Part shown: in pieces, positions 1-8,503 of the stretch
Layout of the letters: each line of letters opens with the position of its first letter
How positions within the stretch are numbered: the stretch's first letter is position 1
Source: an uncultured virus (IMG/VR IMGVR_UViG_3300035181_002953)
Taxonomy: Duplodnaviria; Heunggongvirae; Uroviricota; Caudoviricetes
Length of the DNA: 20,000 bases
IMG/VR virus record: IMGVR_UViG_3300035181_002953
Reading direction: 5' to 3' (one strand)
The notes under the pieces: generated by a model
Told to the model about the DNA's origin: nothing
Seen by the model: only the letters and a program-made list of their open reading frames with translations
Databases searched by the model: none
Program-made: the position numbers and the translations under genes

Positions 1-399
1 CGCCTCGGCACGGAGACAGTCGCGGCAAATGAACTCGAGGCACTCGATGCAGCCGAGCCCAGATGAATGCCGGGTCTCGCAATGCACGCACGCCCACTCC
101 CAGTCGCCCGTCAGGTCCGCAATGGGGTAGAGGAACGTGATCAGCTGTTGCTTCACATTCATCTGCGGACGCGTGCCGGGGCGTCGATCCAACAGATCGC
201 CAACATGGGCCATTTGACAGTCCTCCGGGTTGATCGACTCCGGCGGAAGCTCCCCGAACTCGCGCTCGAGATCGGCGAGGACCTGCTTGCCAAGCAGCAG
301 CGACGCGCTGAGGGACCACAGCGTCCCCGTCTGCGCGTAGAAGTATTTCCACCACCCGATCTCGCGGTTCATCGGAAGCCGGTCCTCGTCGTCGAACAT
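1..399 (-). CDS. Cys-rich putative zinc-finger protein (3'-truncated by window edge)
   Basis: Translated by hand, not in the ORF track: MFDDEDRLPMNREIGWWKYFY...WACVHCETRHSSGLGCIECLEFICRDCLRAEA, open to the edge, with three CxxC pairs. Alternative start ATG 213 has GGAGG upstream. Confidence 0.7.
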   Translation of the reverse strand, partial: MFDDEDRLPMNREIGWWKYFYAQTGTLWSLSASLLLGKQVLADLEREFGELPPESINPEDCQMAHVGDLLDRRPGTRPQMNVKQQLITFLYPIADLTGDWEWACVHCETRHSSGLGCIECLEFICRDCLRAEA

Positions 400-401
400 C
401 C

Positions 402-491
402 CTACCCCTTCCACATCCCCATCGTTCCGATCTCGGTCGTCGAGATCGCGATGGCGGCCACGATCACCAGGACGAGGAACGCGCAGTCCAT
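402..491 (-). CDS. small hydrophobic peptide (29 aa)
   Basis: MDCAFLVLVIVAAIAISTTEIGTMGMWKG*; fills the gap between two co-oriented genes; one TM-like stretch. Confidence 0.4.
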   Translation of the reverse strand: MDCAFLVLVIVAAIAISTTEIGTMGMWKG

Positions 492-500
492 CAGCCAAGT

Positions 501-776
501 CTATCGCGCGACGCGGTGGAAGATCTCCGGCATCGACGGTGCCGCGGGGGCGCGCGCTGCCGGCGGCTTGACGCCGCTCCCCGGCACCTCGACGCAGTCG
601 TACGATCGGTCGCCGCAGAACAGCGCCTTGGCGCCCCTGCGCTTCTGGATCGCCATGATCACCATGCGGTTCAGGCGGGGTTTCTTCGGAAGACGAACCG
701 TCTCGACCAGGCCGCTCTTGGTCCAGCGGACCTTCCCTCGCCGCTTCGCGACTTCGTAGAGCTCGGCGTGCGTCAT
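501..776 (-). CDS. basic hypothetical protein (91 aa)
   Basis: MTHAELYEVAKRRGKVRW...; ATG 776 overlaps the upstream TGA (TGATG). Confidence 0.65.
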   Translation of the reverse strand: MTHAELYEVAKRRGKVRWTKSGLVETVRLPKKPRLNRMVIMAIQKRRGAKALFCGDRSYDCVEVPGSGVKPPAARAPAAPSMPEIFHRVAR

Positions 777-1306
777 CACGGCGTTGCCTCGGGCGCGGCG
801 GACGCGACGGCGGGCGGGTGAAACGGACAGGCCTGCCCGGAGCGCGCGCGGAGCTCGCACACCTTGCACGGACCGTCGTCGAGCTTCCAGTGCTCGGAGA
901 CCTTCAGGACCTCGATCTCGGCCTTCTGCAGCGCATCGTCGACGAGACGCGAGAAGACGCGGATGGCCGGGTCCTTGTTCTCGCGCTCGATCGCCTTCTT
1001 CATGCCGAACGATCGGAGAACGCGGCGGGTGTCCGTCATCGACGGCCGCTTCTCCTTTTTCAGCCCGAGCACGCGGCTCATCGTGAGGCGCCAGTGCTTC
1101 TGACCATCCTCCTCGACGATCGACGAGATGACCCACACGATCCCGTCGCTCCACACGCTGCCCGACCGCGTCGTCCCCTCGAACAGGTCCGGCAGGCGCT
1201 TCCACGTGTCCTCTCCCTCGCCCGGCGATGCCACCGGCTTCAGCTCGGACAGCTTTTTCAGCACCGCCGGAAGCCGGTCCCATTCCTCTTTCGTCGTCGC
1301 GCGCAT
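776..1306 (-). CDS. hypothetical protein with C-terminal CxxC...CxxH motif (176 aa)
   Basis: MRATTKEEWDRL...GPCKVCELRARSGQACPFHP; TGATG coupling at both ends. Confidence 0.75.
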   Translation of the reverse strand: MRATTKEEWDRLPAVLKKLSELKPVASPGEGEDTWKRLPDLFEGTTRSGSVWSDGIVWVISSIVEEDGQKHWRLTMSRVLGLKKEKRPSMTDTRRVLRSFGMKKAIERENKDPAIRVFSRLVDDALQKAEIEVLKVSEHWKLDDGPCKVCELRARSGQACPFHPPAVASAAPEATP

Positions 1307-1668
1307 CACTCTCTCCCCTCGCGTTCGTACCACTCGTCCCGGATCGCGGTGAACTTGCGAACCTCGCCCCGGTAGATAACCCAGATGTTCCAGCCCACGC
1401 CAGCGATCCACGCGCCGGCCGCGATGACCAGGGTCGCAATCACCGGCGACGGCCAGATCGCCACGCCAACCGTCATGACCGAAATGCCCATCGCTACGAA
1501 GGACATGCCCGTCGTCGTATTGTCCCGGCACCGGCCGAGCGCGGCCCGAACGTCGCTGATGGTCTGCCCGCGCATGGCGAGGCGCTCCGGCTCGAGGGGC
1601 GTCGGCTGCTCGCCGAGCCGACGGCGTCGATCCAGGCTCGTCGTGCCGAGCAGGGAACCGAGCCTCAC
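1306..1668 (-). CDS. two-TM membrane protein
   Basis: GTG 1668 in GTGA overlap (alternative ATG 1575); hydrophobic GMSFVAMGISVMTVGVAIW and VIATLVIAAGAWIAGVGWNIWVIY followed by a charged tail. Confidence 0.7.
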   Translation of the reverse strand: MRLGSLLGTTSLDRRRRLGEQPTPLEPERLAMRGQTISDVRAALGRCRDNTTTGMSFVAMGISVMTVGVAIWPSPVIATLVIAAGAWIAGVGWNIWVIYRGEVRKFTAIRDEWYEREGRE

Positions 1669-1892
1669 GACGCCGCCCTGTTGCAGGTGGCGATCTTCTC
1701 CTGCAGGTCCTTCACGAGATCGGCGGCCGTCTCGGCCGAGAGCACCGAGATCGACGGCTCCCGCTTCCCGTGCGGATCGACCGACACGATCATGATGAAC
1801 TTTCGGCCGTGGGCGTCCCACCCGATGTCCGTGCGCAAGAGCGCGCACTCGTCGGTGCTCATGACCATATTTCCGTCGCCCGTCGGCCTCAT
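1665..1892 (-). CDS. hypothetical protein (75 aa)
   Basis: 4-nt start/stop overlaps on both sides; globular-looking composition. Confidence 0.7.
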   Translation of the reverse strand: MRPTGDGNMVMSTDECALLRTDIGWDAHGRKFIMIVSVDPHGKREPSISVLSAETAADLVKDLQEKIATCNRAAS

Positions 1893-2416
1893 GACTCACC
1901 CATTCTACGACGAGCCTCGGCCGTCGCCTTCGCCCGCGTGATGCCGAGGCATCCGCGGAAGTAGTCGCACTCTTCCTCGGTCCACTTGTACCGCCGGCGC
2001 GCCTCGACGACGAATCGGGCCGCGTCGTCAGCCTCGTCGGGCGTAGGGGGCGGCGGGCGCGGGATGTCCTCGTCGTCGAAGCCCGAGCTGTCCCGAGTCG
2101 AAGGTGAGATGTCTCGGGACGGAGGCACCCGAGCAGGCATCGAAGCAACGACGGACGTGTCTCGCGAATCAGGCACGCGAGCGGGCGTTTCAGCGGTCTC
2201 TTCCTCCCCCTTTTCGATGGGGCAGCCACGGCAGTGCCCCCGCTCGTCGAAGTTGTCGCAGCTCGGGAAGGCGTCGAATCCCTGCGCCCGCGCCTCGGCG
2301 CACATCCCCCGGAACTCGGCGACGCCGATGATGCGACCGTTGCGGCGAATGCCGGGGAGGACGTGCCGGCGGAGGTACGAGTCGTCGTGGCGGTCCACGT
2401 CGACCGCCATGCACAT
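1889..2416 (-). CDS. hypothetical protein with Cys cluster and Pro/Ser-rich repeat linker
   Basis: MCMAVDVDRHDD...FPSCDNFDERGHCRGCP...PARVPDSRDTS/PARVPPSRDIS; start uncertain. Confidence 0.65.
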   Translation of the reverse strand: MCMAVDVDRHDDSYLRRHVLPGIRRNGRIIGVAEFRGMCAEARAQGFDAFPSCDNFDERGHCRGCPIEKGEEETAETPARVPDSRDTSVVASMPARVPPSRDISPSTRDSSGFDDEDIPRPPPPTPDEADDAARFVVEARRRYKWTEEECDYFRGCLGITRAKATAEARRRMGES

Positions 2417-2448
2417 GTGGATCGTGTACGGAGGCTCGGGCGGCGGAA

Positions 2449-2661
2449 CTACTGCAGAACGTCCAGGCGCCACGTCCAGACCAGCATCAGCATCCCCGGC
2501 TTGTACGGCACCGCCGCTGTTCCGATGAGCTCCCACCTGTCGGGATCGGGCACGTCGTCGGGGCGGATCGGGTTGTCCGGCACCATCGTCACGCCCACCG
2601 CGTCCGAGTCCCGACGCGACGTCACGAACCCGATCGTCGTCCGGTACTCGCTCAGACTCAT
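2449..2661 (-). CDS. hypothetical protein (70 aa)
   Basis: ATGA overlap with the HD gene stop; ends in TAG. Confidence 0.6.
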   Translation of the reverse strand: MSLSEYRTTIGFVTSRRDSDAVGVTMVPDNPIRPDDVPDPDRWELIGTAAVPYKPGMLMLVWTWRLDVLQ

Positions 2662-3212
2662 GCGCCATGGTGTAGCTCATCGAAACGATTCAGGAAAGCC
2701 CGCTTTGCGTCGGACGGCGACATCGGAATGATGTGCTCCGGGTACGGCTCGAACGGAATCGACCAGTCCGGGTTCATGACCGCGAGCAGATCGCGGGCCT
2801 CGGTGGCGAGCATCCGGCCATCGGCGAGCTTTACCTCCGGGGGCTCGAGCGGGCGGCTCATCCTGAACGCCGTGCCGATGGCGTCCATGATCCGTTCCTC
2901 CGCGTCGCGGTAGGGGGCCATGATCGGGTGCCGCTTCACCGGCGACGCGAGGTCCGGCAGGTACGCTTCGCTCGCGTCGTGCATCAGGCCGTGGAAGGCG
3001 AAGGCCGAAGGCACGTAGAAGCTCACCAGGACCGCGTGCTGCGCCACGGAGTAGTGGACCCTCGAGTGCCCGGTGTAACGGCACATGTTGGAGAGCGCGT
3101 GCGCGATGTCCCCGATGCACACGTCCTCCCAGCGCGGCGCGAGCGGCCAGAACTTCCGGCCGGTGTAGGTCTGAATCCAGGCGCGATCGTCGTCGTTGAG
3201 GATGCCGGTCAT
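2658..3212 (-). CDS. HD-domain 5'-deoxynucleotidase, YfdR/YfbR-like phage family
   Basis: WIQTYTGRKF, DIAHALSNMCRYTGH, YSVAQH and LMHDASEAYLPDLASPVK motifs, characteristic of YfdR-like HD phosphohydrolases. Confidence 0.9.
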   Translation of the reverse strand: MTGILNDDDRAWIQTYTGRKFWPLAPRWEDVCIGDIAHALSNMCRYTGHSRVHYSVAQHAVLVSFYVPSAFAFHGLMHDASEAYLPDLASPVKRHPIMAPYRDAEERIMDAIGTAFRMSRPLEPPEVKLADGRMLATEARDLLAVMNPDWSIPFEPYPEHIIPMSPSDAKRAFLNRFDELHHGA

Positions 3213-3637
3213 CCGAAGGTCACCTTCTGTTTCAGGCTCGCTGCGAGGCGCAGGCCGTCGATGAACCGGCGCGTGAGGTGCTGAATCGTCTCCGGCCGAA
3301 AGCCCGCCCGGAGCTCCAGGATGCGAGGGGCGAGCGCCTCGAGCCGATCGGCGATGGGGCCGCAGTCCTCAGGCGCAAGGATGCCCTGGTCGTCCTCATG
3401 CTCGAGCAGAAGCGTGAGCACGTCCGAATCGTACGGCTCCCACGGGATGGGCACGACGCCCTTCCACTTGTTGAAGCACGGCTGCGCGCGCCGGACGAGC
3501 CACTGGTCCGCCGGGTCCCAGCAGCCTTCCATGAGCCACCAGGGCGGGAAGTCGGCGGCTTCAGCGACGATGGAGCGCCACTCGTTGAACGTGCCGCAGC
3601 TGCCGTGAAAACAACCGTGCGAGATCCGAAGGCTCAT
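3209..3637 (-). CDS. conserved phage hypothetical protein (142 aa)
   Basis: MSLRISHGCFHGSCGTFNEWR...LLLEHEDDQG...ADRLEAL...FIDGLRLAA; resembles a recurring phage family with an HSDCDG-type motif (recalled); ATGA overlaps. Confidence 0.75.
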   Translation of the reverse strand: MSLRISHGCFHGSCGTFNEWRSIVAEAADFPPWWLMEGCWDPADQWLVRRAQPCFNKWKGVVPIPWEPYDSDVLTLLLEHEDDQGILAPEDCGPIADRLEALAPRILELRAGFRPETIQHLTRRFIDGLRLAASLKQKVTFG

Positions 3638-4443
3638 CGTCGTAGAGTGACACCGGCCGCCACGGCCCGAGTATCGGCCTGCGCGACAGGGACCGCGTAG
3701 GTTTGCCCGTCGACGTAGGCGTACACCACGCTCGGATTCCCTGCGACGGTCAGAAGGGTGATGCGCCACCATTCGCGCGACTCCGTGGGGCGGAGGCCAC
3801 ACGACGCGAGACGGATCTCGTCGCCGACGAAGACCGGCTTTCCAGCTGCATTTAGCCCATACGACGGCACGGGGTCGCACAGATCGCAGAGCACGATGCC
3901 GCCGATCCCCTCATGGAGCGCTTCGGTGTGCGTCGTGCTCGTGGGGAGGCCCCTCGTCTCTTCCTGAGGGCGGTTCTCCGGCACGAACCTCCGTTCGCCC
4001 TTGTACCCCGACGTCAAATCCTCGATGGATGCGCCAGGCACCCAGCACGAGTGCCCACACGAGAAGGTGATCTCCATCTTCACGGGGCGGATCGCATCAT
4101 CGGTGTCCGAGGGGATCTCGTACGCACCGGCCGGGCGCTCGATGACTTGCGACATGCGGATGACCTGGACGGGGCGCTTGCCCATCTTCGGCTTCCCGAT
4201 CGGCGGCACCCGCGGCGGCGCCATCTTCGGCTCGAGATCCTTGGCCGTCAGATTGGTCTCCCGGTAGTCGATGTGGACGCCGCCGCCCTCGCTCGGGTAG
4301 AGGCCGGCGGTGTAGATGAGCCCGTTGAAGCAGAAGTACGTGTTCCCCGCGCCGAGGGCCGCCTTCGCCGCCATCTCACGCGTCCCGGCCCCTTTGAAAT
4401 CCATCACGTCACGCCACGTCAACGCCTCGGTCACCTCGATCAT
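3634..4443 (-). CDS. hypothetical protein (269 aa) with CGH and CxxC motifs
   Basis: ATGA overlaps at both ends; FSCGHSC and LCDLCD motifs. Confidence 0.75.
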   Translation of the reverse strand: MIEVTEALTWRDVMDFKGAGTREMAAKAALGAGNTYFCFNGLIYTAGLYPSEGGGVHIDYRETNLTAKDLEPKMAPPRVPPIGKPKMGKRPVQVIRMSQVIERPAGAYEIPSDTDDAIRPVKMEITFSCGHSCWVPGASIEDLTSGYKGERRFVPENRPQEETRGLPTSTTHTEALHEGIGGIVLCDLCDPVPSYGLNAAGKPVFVGDEIRLASCGLRPTESREWWRITLLTVAGNPSVVYAYVDGQTYAVPVAQADTRAVAAGVTLRR

Positions 4444-4793
4444 CGCCCACCACCCGTCCCTTTCTTCTGCTGCTCCCGCCGCTCCACGCGCTTGTCGAAG
4501 TGGGGGTCCGACACCACGACGAGTGCGATGGCCATCACGCTGATCTTTCGCTCGGCCGTGCCCCCGATCTGCTCGAGCAGTCGTACCACCTTGGACGCAT
4601 CCGTGAGGACGTCTTTCGGTACGTCCCCTTCGAGCAGCTGACTTTCTCTGACCACCGCCACGACCGCCGGCCGCGTCTCCCGGATGAACCGATCGACGAT
4701 CCGCTGCCCGGCGTCAGGGAGGCGCCACGACGTGCGGCGCATCTCATCGAAGAACCGCTCGAATGCGGCCGAGAACGGAGTCGGGTGCGCCAC
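4440..4793 (-). CDS. hypothetical protein (~117 aa)
   Basis: GTG 4793 lies 4 nt after the upstream TAA; helical composition. Confidence 0.65.
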   Translation of the reverse strand: MAHPTPFSAAFERFFDEMRRTSWRLPDAGQRIVDRFIRETRPAVVAVVRESQLLEGDVPKDVLTDASKVVRLLEQIGGTAERKISVMAIALVVVSDPHFDKRVERREQQKKGTGGGR

Positions 4794-4797
4794 CCGA

Positions 4798-5250
4798 TTA
4801 CTCGTCGTTCCAGCACTGGCAGCCGGCATCGCCGCCGCAGTGCCGGCAGACGTTCTGATTCATCCACCCGTTCACCTCGGAGATCTCTTCGTCCGTCGCA
4901 TCCTCGAGCCACGCGAGGATGTTCGCCGCCGGGGCGCGCGCCGGGGCGGCGTCGCGCGCCGTGCCGCGGGGCTCGAGCTCACGCGCCGACTCGTGCGGGA
5001 TCAGGTCGTACTTCCGAAGAAGATCGACCACGGCTTTCAGGGCCGCCATCTCGTCGCCGTCCGGGAAGCACGCGACGAACTGATCCGTGTGACGCACGCC
5101 GTCGGGGCCGTTCGAGATCGTGTGGATGTAGTCGATCAGGATCGTCCGCGTGCCGACGTTCTGTCCGATGGCCCGGAACGCCGCGCGCAGGCGGTAGTTC
5201 TCGTCGCGCAGCTCTTTGTTCAGCTGCTCTTGCGTCGGCGCCGCCGTCAC
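4798..5250 (-). CDS. hypothetical protein with C-terminal CxxCG...CxCWNDE motif
   Basis: GTGA overlap start; ends VCRHCGGDAGCQCWNDE with TAA stop. Confidence 0.75.
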   Translation of the reverse strand: MTAAPTQEQLNKELRDENYRLRAAFRAIGQNVGTRTILIDYIHTISNGPDGVRHTDQFVACFPDGDEMAALKAVVDLLRKYDLIPHESARELEPRGTARDAAPARAPAANILAWLEDATDEEISEVNGWMNQNVCRHCGGDAGCQCWNDE

Positions 5251-5537
5251 GATCCCTCCGGCGGAGGCGGCTCGACGGGCGGCGGCATCGTCGGCGGGCA
5301 GATCTTGAGCATTCGTGCCCGGGCGCGCTCGATCGACGCCGTCAGCTCGTCACGAAGAAACTCTGCCTGGTCGACGGTCAAGTTGTGGAAATGCCACTCA
5401 CCATCGTCGGCCTCGAAATCGACCGCCAAGGTTCCATTGGACTGCACCCCGACCGAAATCTCCGATTCCATGCCGACCTTCCCGAGGGTTCGCCACCAGA
5501 CGACGACCCTCCGCCATGCCCGCGCCGTCGTTCCCAT
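5247..5537 (-). CDS. hypothetical protein, first gene of the leftward arm
   Basis: ATG 5537 lies 9 nt after the predicted -10 (near-leaderless); alternative ATG 5471 has AAGG upstream; Pro-rich C-terminus. Confidence 0.65.
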   Translation of the reverse strand: MGTTARAWRRVVVWWRTLGKVGMESEISVGVQSNGTLAVDFEADDGEWHFHNLTVDQAEFLRDELTASIERARARMLKICPPTMPPPVEPPPPEGS

Positions 5538-5546
5538 CCCGCACGC

Positions 5547-5575
5547 ATCATGCACACCGTGCGCATGACGGTCAA
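5547..5575 (-). promoter_or_regulatory. sigma70-type leftward promoter TTGACC-N17-CATGAT
   Basis: -35 at 5575-5570, -10 at 5552-5547, exact 17-nt spacer, at the strand-switch point. Confidence 0.7.
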
Positions 5576-5584
5576 GCAAAACGA

Positions 5585-5613
5585 TTGACAGACGGATCTC
5601 GGCCCAGCATGAT
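5585..5613 (+). promoter_or_regulatory. sigma70-type rightward promoter TTGACA-N17-CATGAT
   Basis: -35 at 5585-5590, -10 at 5608-5613, 17-nt spacer; ATG 5622 follows 8 nt later. Confidence 0.75.
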
Positions 5614-5621
5614 GCAGCACT

Positions 5622-5879
5622 ATGAACACGAGGCGCGACACGGGGCGCGACGAGGAGCCCCTCCCGCAGGTAGCAGCGGCGCAGAAACGGCTGCTCGAGC
5701 AGTGGTCTGGATTCCCGATTGGGACGCGGGTGGTTCTCTCGCAGGGAGGCCGCGAGATCCAGACGCAGACGACCAGCTACCCGGCGATGTTCGGCCCGTT
5801 CGCCGTCGTGTGGCTGCGCGGGATCACGGGCGCGCAGCGCCTCAGCAAGGTTCGCGTCGCGCTTGCGAGGGTCGCGTGA
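5622..5879 (+). CDS. phage hypothetical protein (85 aa)
   Basis: FPIGTRV...TTSYPA...AVVWLRGITG resembles a recurring small phage family (recalled); directly after the promoter. Confidence 0.75.
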   Translation: MNTRRDTGRDEEPLPQVAAAQKRLLEQWSGFPIGTRVVLSQGGREIQTQTTSYPAMFGPFAVVWLRGITGAQRLSKVRVALARVA

Positions 5880-6082
5880 GCGCAGCGCCGAAGAAGGTGC
5901 TCGCGTACATCGATCCGCCGCCGTACATGCTCCGGGAGGTTGCGGCGCGGCACCAGCTCGACCCGCGGACGCTCATCCGGGCCTACCGGGGCGAGGCGAT
6001 TCGTGGCGCGGCCGTCATGGGGCGCGCCGAGGTAGCCGTGACGGAGATGCGGAAGCTGATGGCACGGAAGGGGAAGGTCTGA
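5876..6082 (+). CDS. helix-turn-helix DNA-binding protein (68 aa)
   Basis: GTGA overlap; MLREVAARHQLDPRTLIRAYRG is a LacI-like HTH pattern. Confidence 0.65.
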   Translation: MSAAPKKVLAYIDPPPYMLREVAARHQLDPRTLIRAYRGEAIRGAAVMGRAEVAVTEMRKLMARKGKV

Positions 6083-6085
6083 GGA

Positions 6086-6424
6086 ATGGCGACGGTCACT
6101 CGGAAGTTTCAGCACGCACTCTCGGTCGCCGAGGCGAAGTCCCGGTGCGACAAGGCCTTCGACCACTACCGCTCGCAGTTCCCTGGCTACACCATCACGG
6201 TCACGTGGCCCACGGCTACCGAGGCCAAGGTCGGCGTGCAGCTGACGCCGATGATGAAGATCGCGTGCACGGTGACGCTCGGCCAGTCGTCGGCGCAGCT
6301 GAACGTCACGTACCCGGACGCGATCAATATCCTGCGCGGCGGCAAGAAGATGGTCGAGAAATACATCGACGTCGTCGACGCCGAGATCCGCAGCTGGCTC
6401 GAGCGGGGTAGGCCGAGCGAGTGA
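6086..6424 (+). CDS. polyhydroxyalkanoic acid system family-like protein (PF09650/TIGR02610-like)
   Basis: HALSVAEAKSRCDKAFDHYRSQF...VTW...VDAEIRSWLE pattern and ~110-aa size; GAGGA immediately upstream. Confidence 0.6.
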   Translation: MATVTRKFQHALSVAEAKSRCDKAFDHYRSQFPGYTITVTWPTATEAKVGVQLTPMMKIACTVTLGQSSAQLNVTYPDAINILRGGKKMVEKYIDVVDAEIRSWLERGRPSE

Positions 6425-6696
6425 GACTGATGTCGGACAAGCCGCGCACGATGAAGTGCGGAACCCACGGGAAGAAGCCGTGGAAGGGCACGATCGTGTG
6501 CTCGGCGTGCAACCTGCCGTGGCAGATGCTCGACGAGCACGGGCCCTACTACGCGCCGCGGGTCTGCACGTGCGGCGCGCAGCTCATGCCGGCGAGCGCG
6601 GAGGACACGACCTTCAAGGGGCGCACCGCCTGCGACGTCTGCTGGCAGTGCGTCGTTCGTGAGTTGGAGAGCGAGCGGGCGGAGGGTGCTTCGTGA
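6421..6696 (+). CDS. Cys-rich zinc-binding protein
   Basis: CGTH, CSAC, CTC and CDVC motifs; GTGA overlap (alternative ATG 6430). Confidence 0.7.
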   Translation: MRLMSDKPRTMKCGTHGKKPWKGTIVCSACNLPWQMLDEHGPYYAPRVCTCGAQLMPASAEDTTFKGRTACDVCWQCVVRELESERAEGAS

Positions 6697-6914
6697 CGGG
6701 CGACGGCTGGTTCGACAAGGTGTATGACTACCGTCGGTCGTCCGACGTGTGGCTCCGTCGGCGCGAGGACGAGTCGTGGGACACGTTCAAGGCGCGCGTG
6801 AACACGGCACGCGGGTGCCTCACGCTCGCGCAGCAAACCGCGGACATCGAAGTTGTGCTCGATTCGCTGCGCGAGGCCGCCTGCGCGATTCGTGGCGACT
6901 CGCCTGGTCTCTGA
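6693..6914 (+). CDS. hypothetical protein (73 aa)
   Basis: GTGA overlap with GGAGGG RBS upstream. Confidence 0.7.
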   Translation: MTGDGWFDKVYDYRRSSDVWLRRREDESWDTFKARVNTARGCLTLAQQTADIEVVLDSLREAACAIRGDSPGL

Positions 6915-6925
6915 GGGGGATGGCA

Positions 6926-7471
6926 ATGGCGTCTGGACGGGCTGGCGTTGGCCGGCGGCTTCTCGAGTGGGGCTCGCGCGCGGCGTGGTCGGCGGTCGAT
7001 GCAGTGCTCGATCACGAGCCTGTCCTCAGCTGGGACGAGCTCTGGCGCGTCAAGATGGCGCTGAGTGACGAGGTCATCGCGCGCGGGAAGCGCATCGAAG
7101 AGCTCGAGGCTGAGCTCGATAAGCAGGAGCGCATCGGGCTCCGCCTGGTCGACCAGCTGTCCGAGCTCCAGATCCTCCAGAAGCGGCACTACGAAGAGCG
7201 GAACCACTACCGGGCGATGATGAACCCGTCGCCGCGGGTCGGGACGACGACGGACCGCGCGGTCCTCGGGTCCGTGATCGCGCGGATCGCGAGGAAGGCG
7301 TGCCGCAACGGGGAAGCCGGCAATCGCGAGTGGCCGAGGCTCTCGCAGCTGCCCGACGATCCGTCGTGGTGGTGCGTGGGCGACGAATATGTCGACCAGG
7401 TGATCGATGCGCTGCTCGAAGGCAGCATGTTCGAGGTGCCGCAGCCGGTGGCGGAGCGGAAGGTGGAGTGA
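6926..7471 (+). CDS. coiled-coil hypothetical protein
   Basis: GAGGGGG upstream of ATG 6926 (alternative 6920); heptad-like RIEELEAELDKQERIGLRLVDQLSELQIL. Confidence 0.7.
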   Translation: MASGRAGVGRRLLEWGSRAAWSAVDAVLDHEPVLSWDELWRVKMALSDEVIARGKRIEELEAELDKQERIGLRLVDQLSELQILQKRHYEERNHYRAMMNPSPRVGTTTDRAVLGSVIARIARKACRNGEAGNREWPRLSQLPDDPSWWCVGDEYVDQVIDALLEGSMFEVPQPVAERKVE

Positions 7472-7608
7472 AGGGGGAGCGAGAGATCGTTCGGTCGTGG
7501 CCCATCGCCGCGGCGATGGACCTGCTGGGGATGCTCATGCTGTTTCTGGTGGCGTGGGCAGCGGTAGAGGTAGTGCTTTTTCTCGGGGAGGTGTGGGCAT
7601 CATGGTGA
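7468..7608 (+). CDS. small membrane protein (46 aa)
   Basis: GTGA overlap; LLGMLMLFLVAWAAVEVVLFL hydrophobic segment. Confidence 0.55.
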   Translation: MKGEREIVRSWPIAAAMDLLGMLMLFLVAWAAVEVVLFLGEVWASW

Positions 7609-8177
7609 AGCGCATCGCGTCGGCGATGAAGAACGATCCGAACCTCGACCAGCTGATCCTGGACGTTCTGGCGGAGAACCAGACCGGGAAGGGATTGAGC
7701 TCGTACGAGGTCGCGCTTGCCGTGCAGGAGGAGCGCATCGTCACGGGGCCAACGTCCGGGCGCACGCGCGCGCGCCGGCGGGTGGGCGTCACGCGTGCGG
7801 AGAAGCTCGCGGTTCAGGACCGGCTCTTCGAGCTGTCCATCGGTGGCGACCGTGGATGCGTGCGTCTCGACGAGGACCAATGGCTCGGCGCGTGGCCATC
7901 TTGGCATGGGGCAGTGACCGCGGCGGCGGAGGTCGTGGAGCCGCAGATCTTCGACCAGCCGATGGCCTTCACGTTCGACCTCGGCGCGACGGTGCTCGTC
8001 GCGAACGGCGGCCGGCTCATCCTCGAGCACCGGGACGGTGTTCTACAGATCTCGCTCGGCTTCGGCCGTGAGGTGCGCGTGGTGGGCGAAGCGAGTACGC
8101 AGCTGTCGGCGGGCGGGGTGATGAACATCCGAGCGGTCCTGTGCCCACCCAAGCAAATCGAAATGGAGGAACCGTGA
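7602..8177 (+). CDS. hypothetical protein, possible N-terminal winged helix
   Basis: GGAGG upstream; LDQLILDVLAENQTGKGLSSYEVALAV is wHTH-like; beta-rich C-terminal half. Confidence 0.65.
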   Translation: MVKRIASAMKNDPNLDQLILDVLAENQTGKGLSSYEVALAVQEERIVTGPTSGRTRARRRVGVTRAEKLAVQDRLFELSIGGDRGCVRLDEDQWLGAWPSWHGAVTAAAEVVEPQIFDQPMAFTFDLGATVLVANGGRLILEHRDGVLQISLGFGREVRVVGEASTQLSAGGVMNIRAVLCPPKQIEMEEP

Positions 8178-8503
8178 TCATCTTCGCAGACCTGAAAGCC
8201 ATGCTCGACACCTTCACGCCCGAGCAGCTGGCGATGCCGGTCCGCTGGTGGGGCAACGAGCGGGGCGGGGTGATCGACTCGATCTCCGCGCTCAGCGAGG
8301 CGCACGTCCACCTCGGCGAGGGCTACGAGCCCCGGAGCGGCTACGACCCGAGCAACCCCGAGGACGCCGAGGTGCTCGCCGACGCCATCGATGAGCTGCC
8401 GAAGGGCACGCCGATCCTCTGGGTCGACGAGGACGACATCGATAGTCGTGACAACGGTCCCATTACCGACTTCGAGAAGCCTGTTCCCGCGGAGAAAGAG
8501 TGA
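8174..8503 (+). CDS. acidic hypothetical protein (109 aa)
   Basis: GGAGGA RBS and GTGA overlap. Confidence 0.75.
   Translation: MIIFADLKAMLDTFTPEQLAMPVRWWGNERGGVIDSISALSEAHVHLGEGYEPRSGYDPSNPEDAEVLADAIDELPKGTPILWVDEDDIDSRDNGPITDFEKPVPAEKE

Noticed and set aside
1306..1668. Two-TM protein as a holin
   Set aside because: It lies in the accessory arm far from the lysin, with no specific similarity recognised
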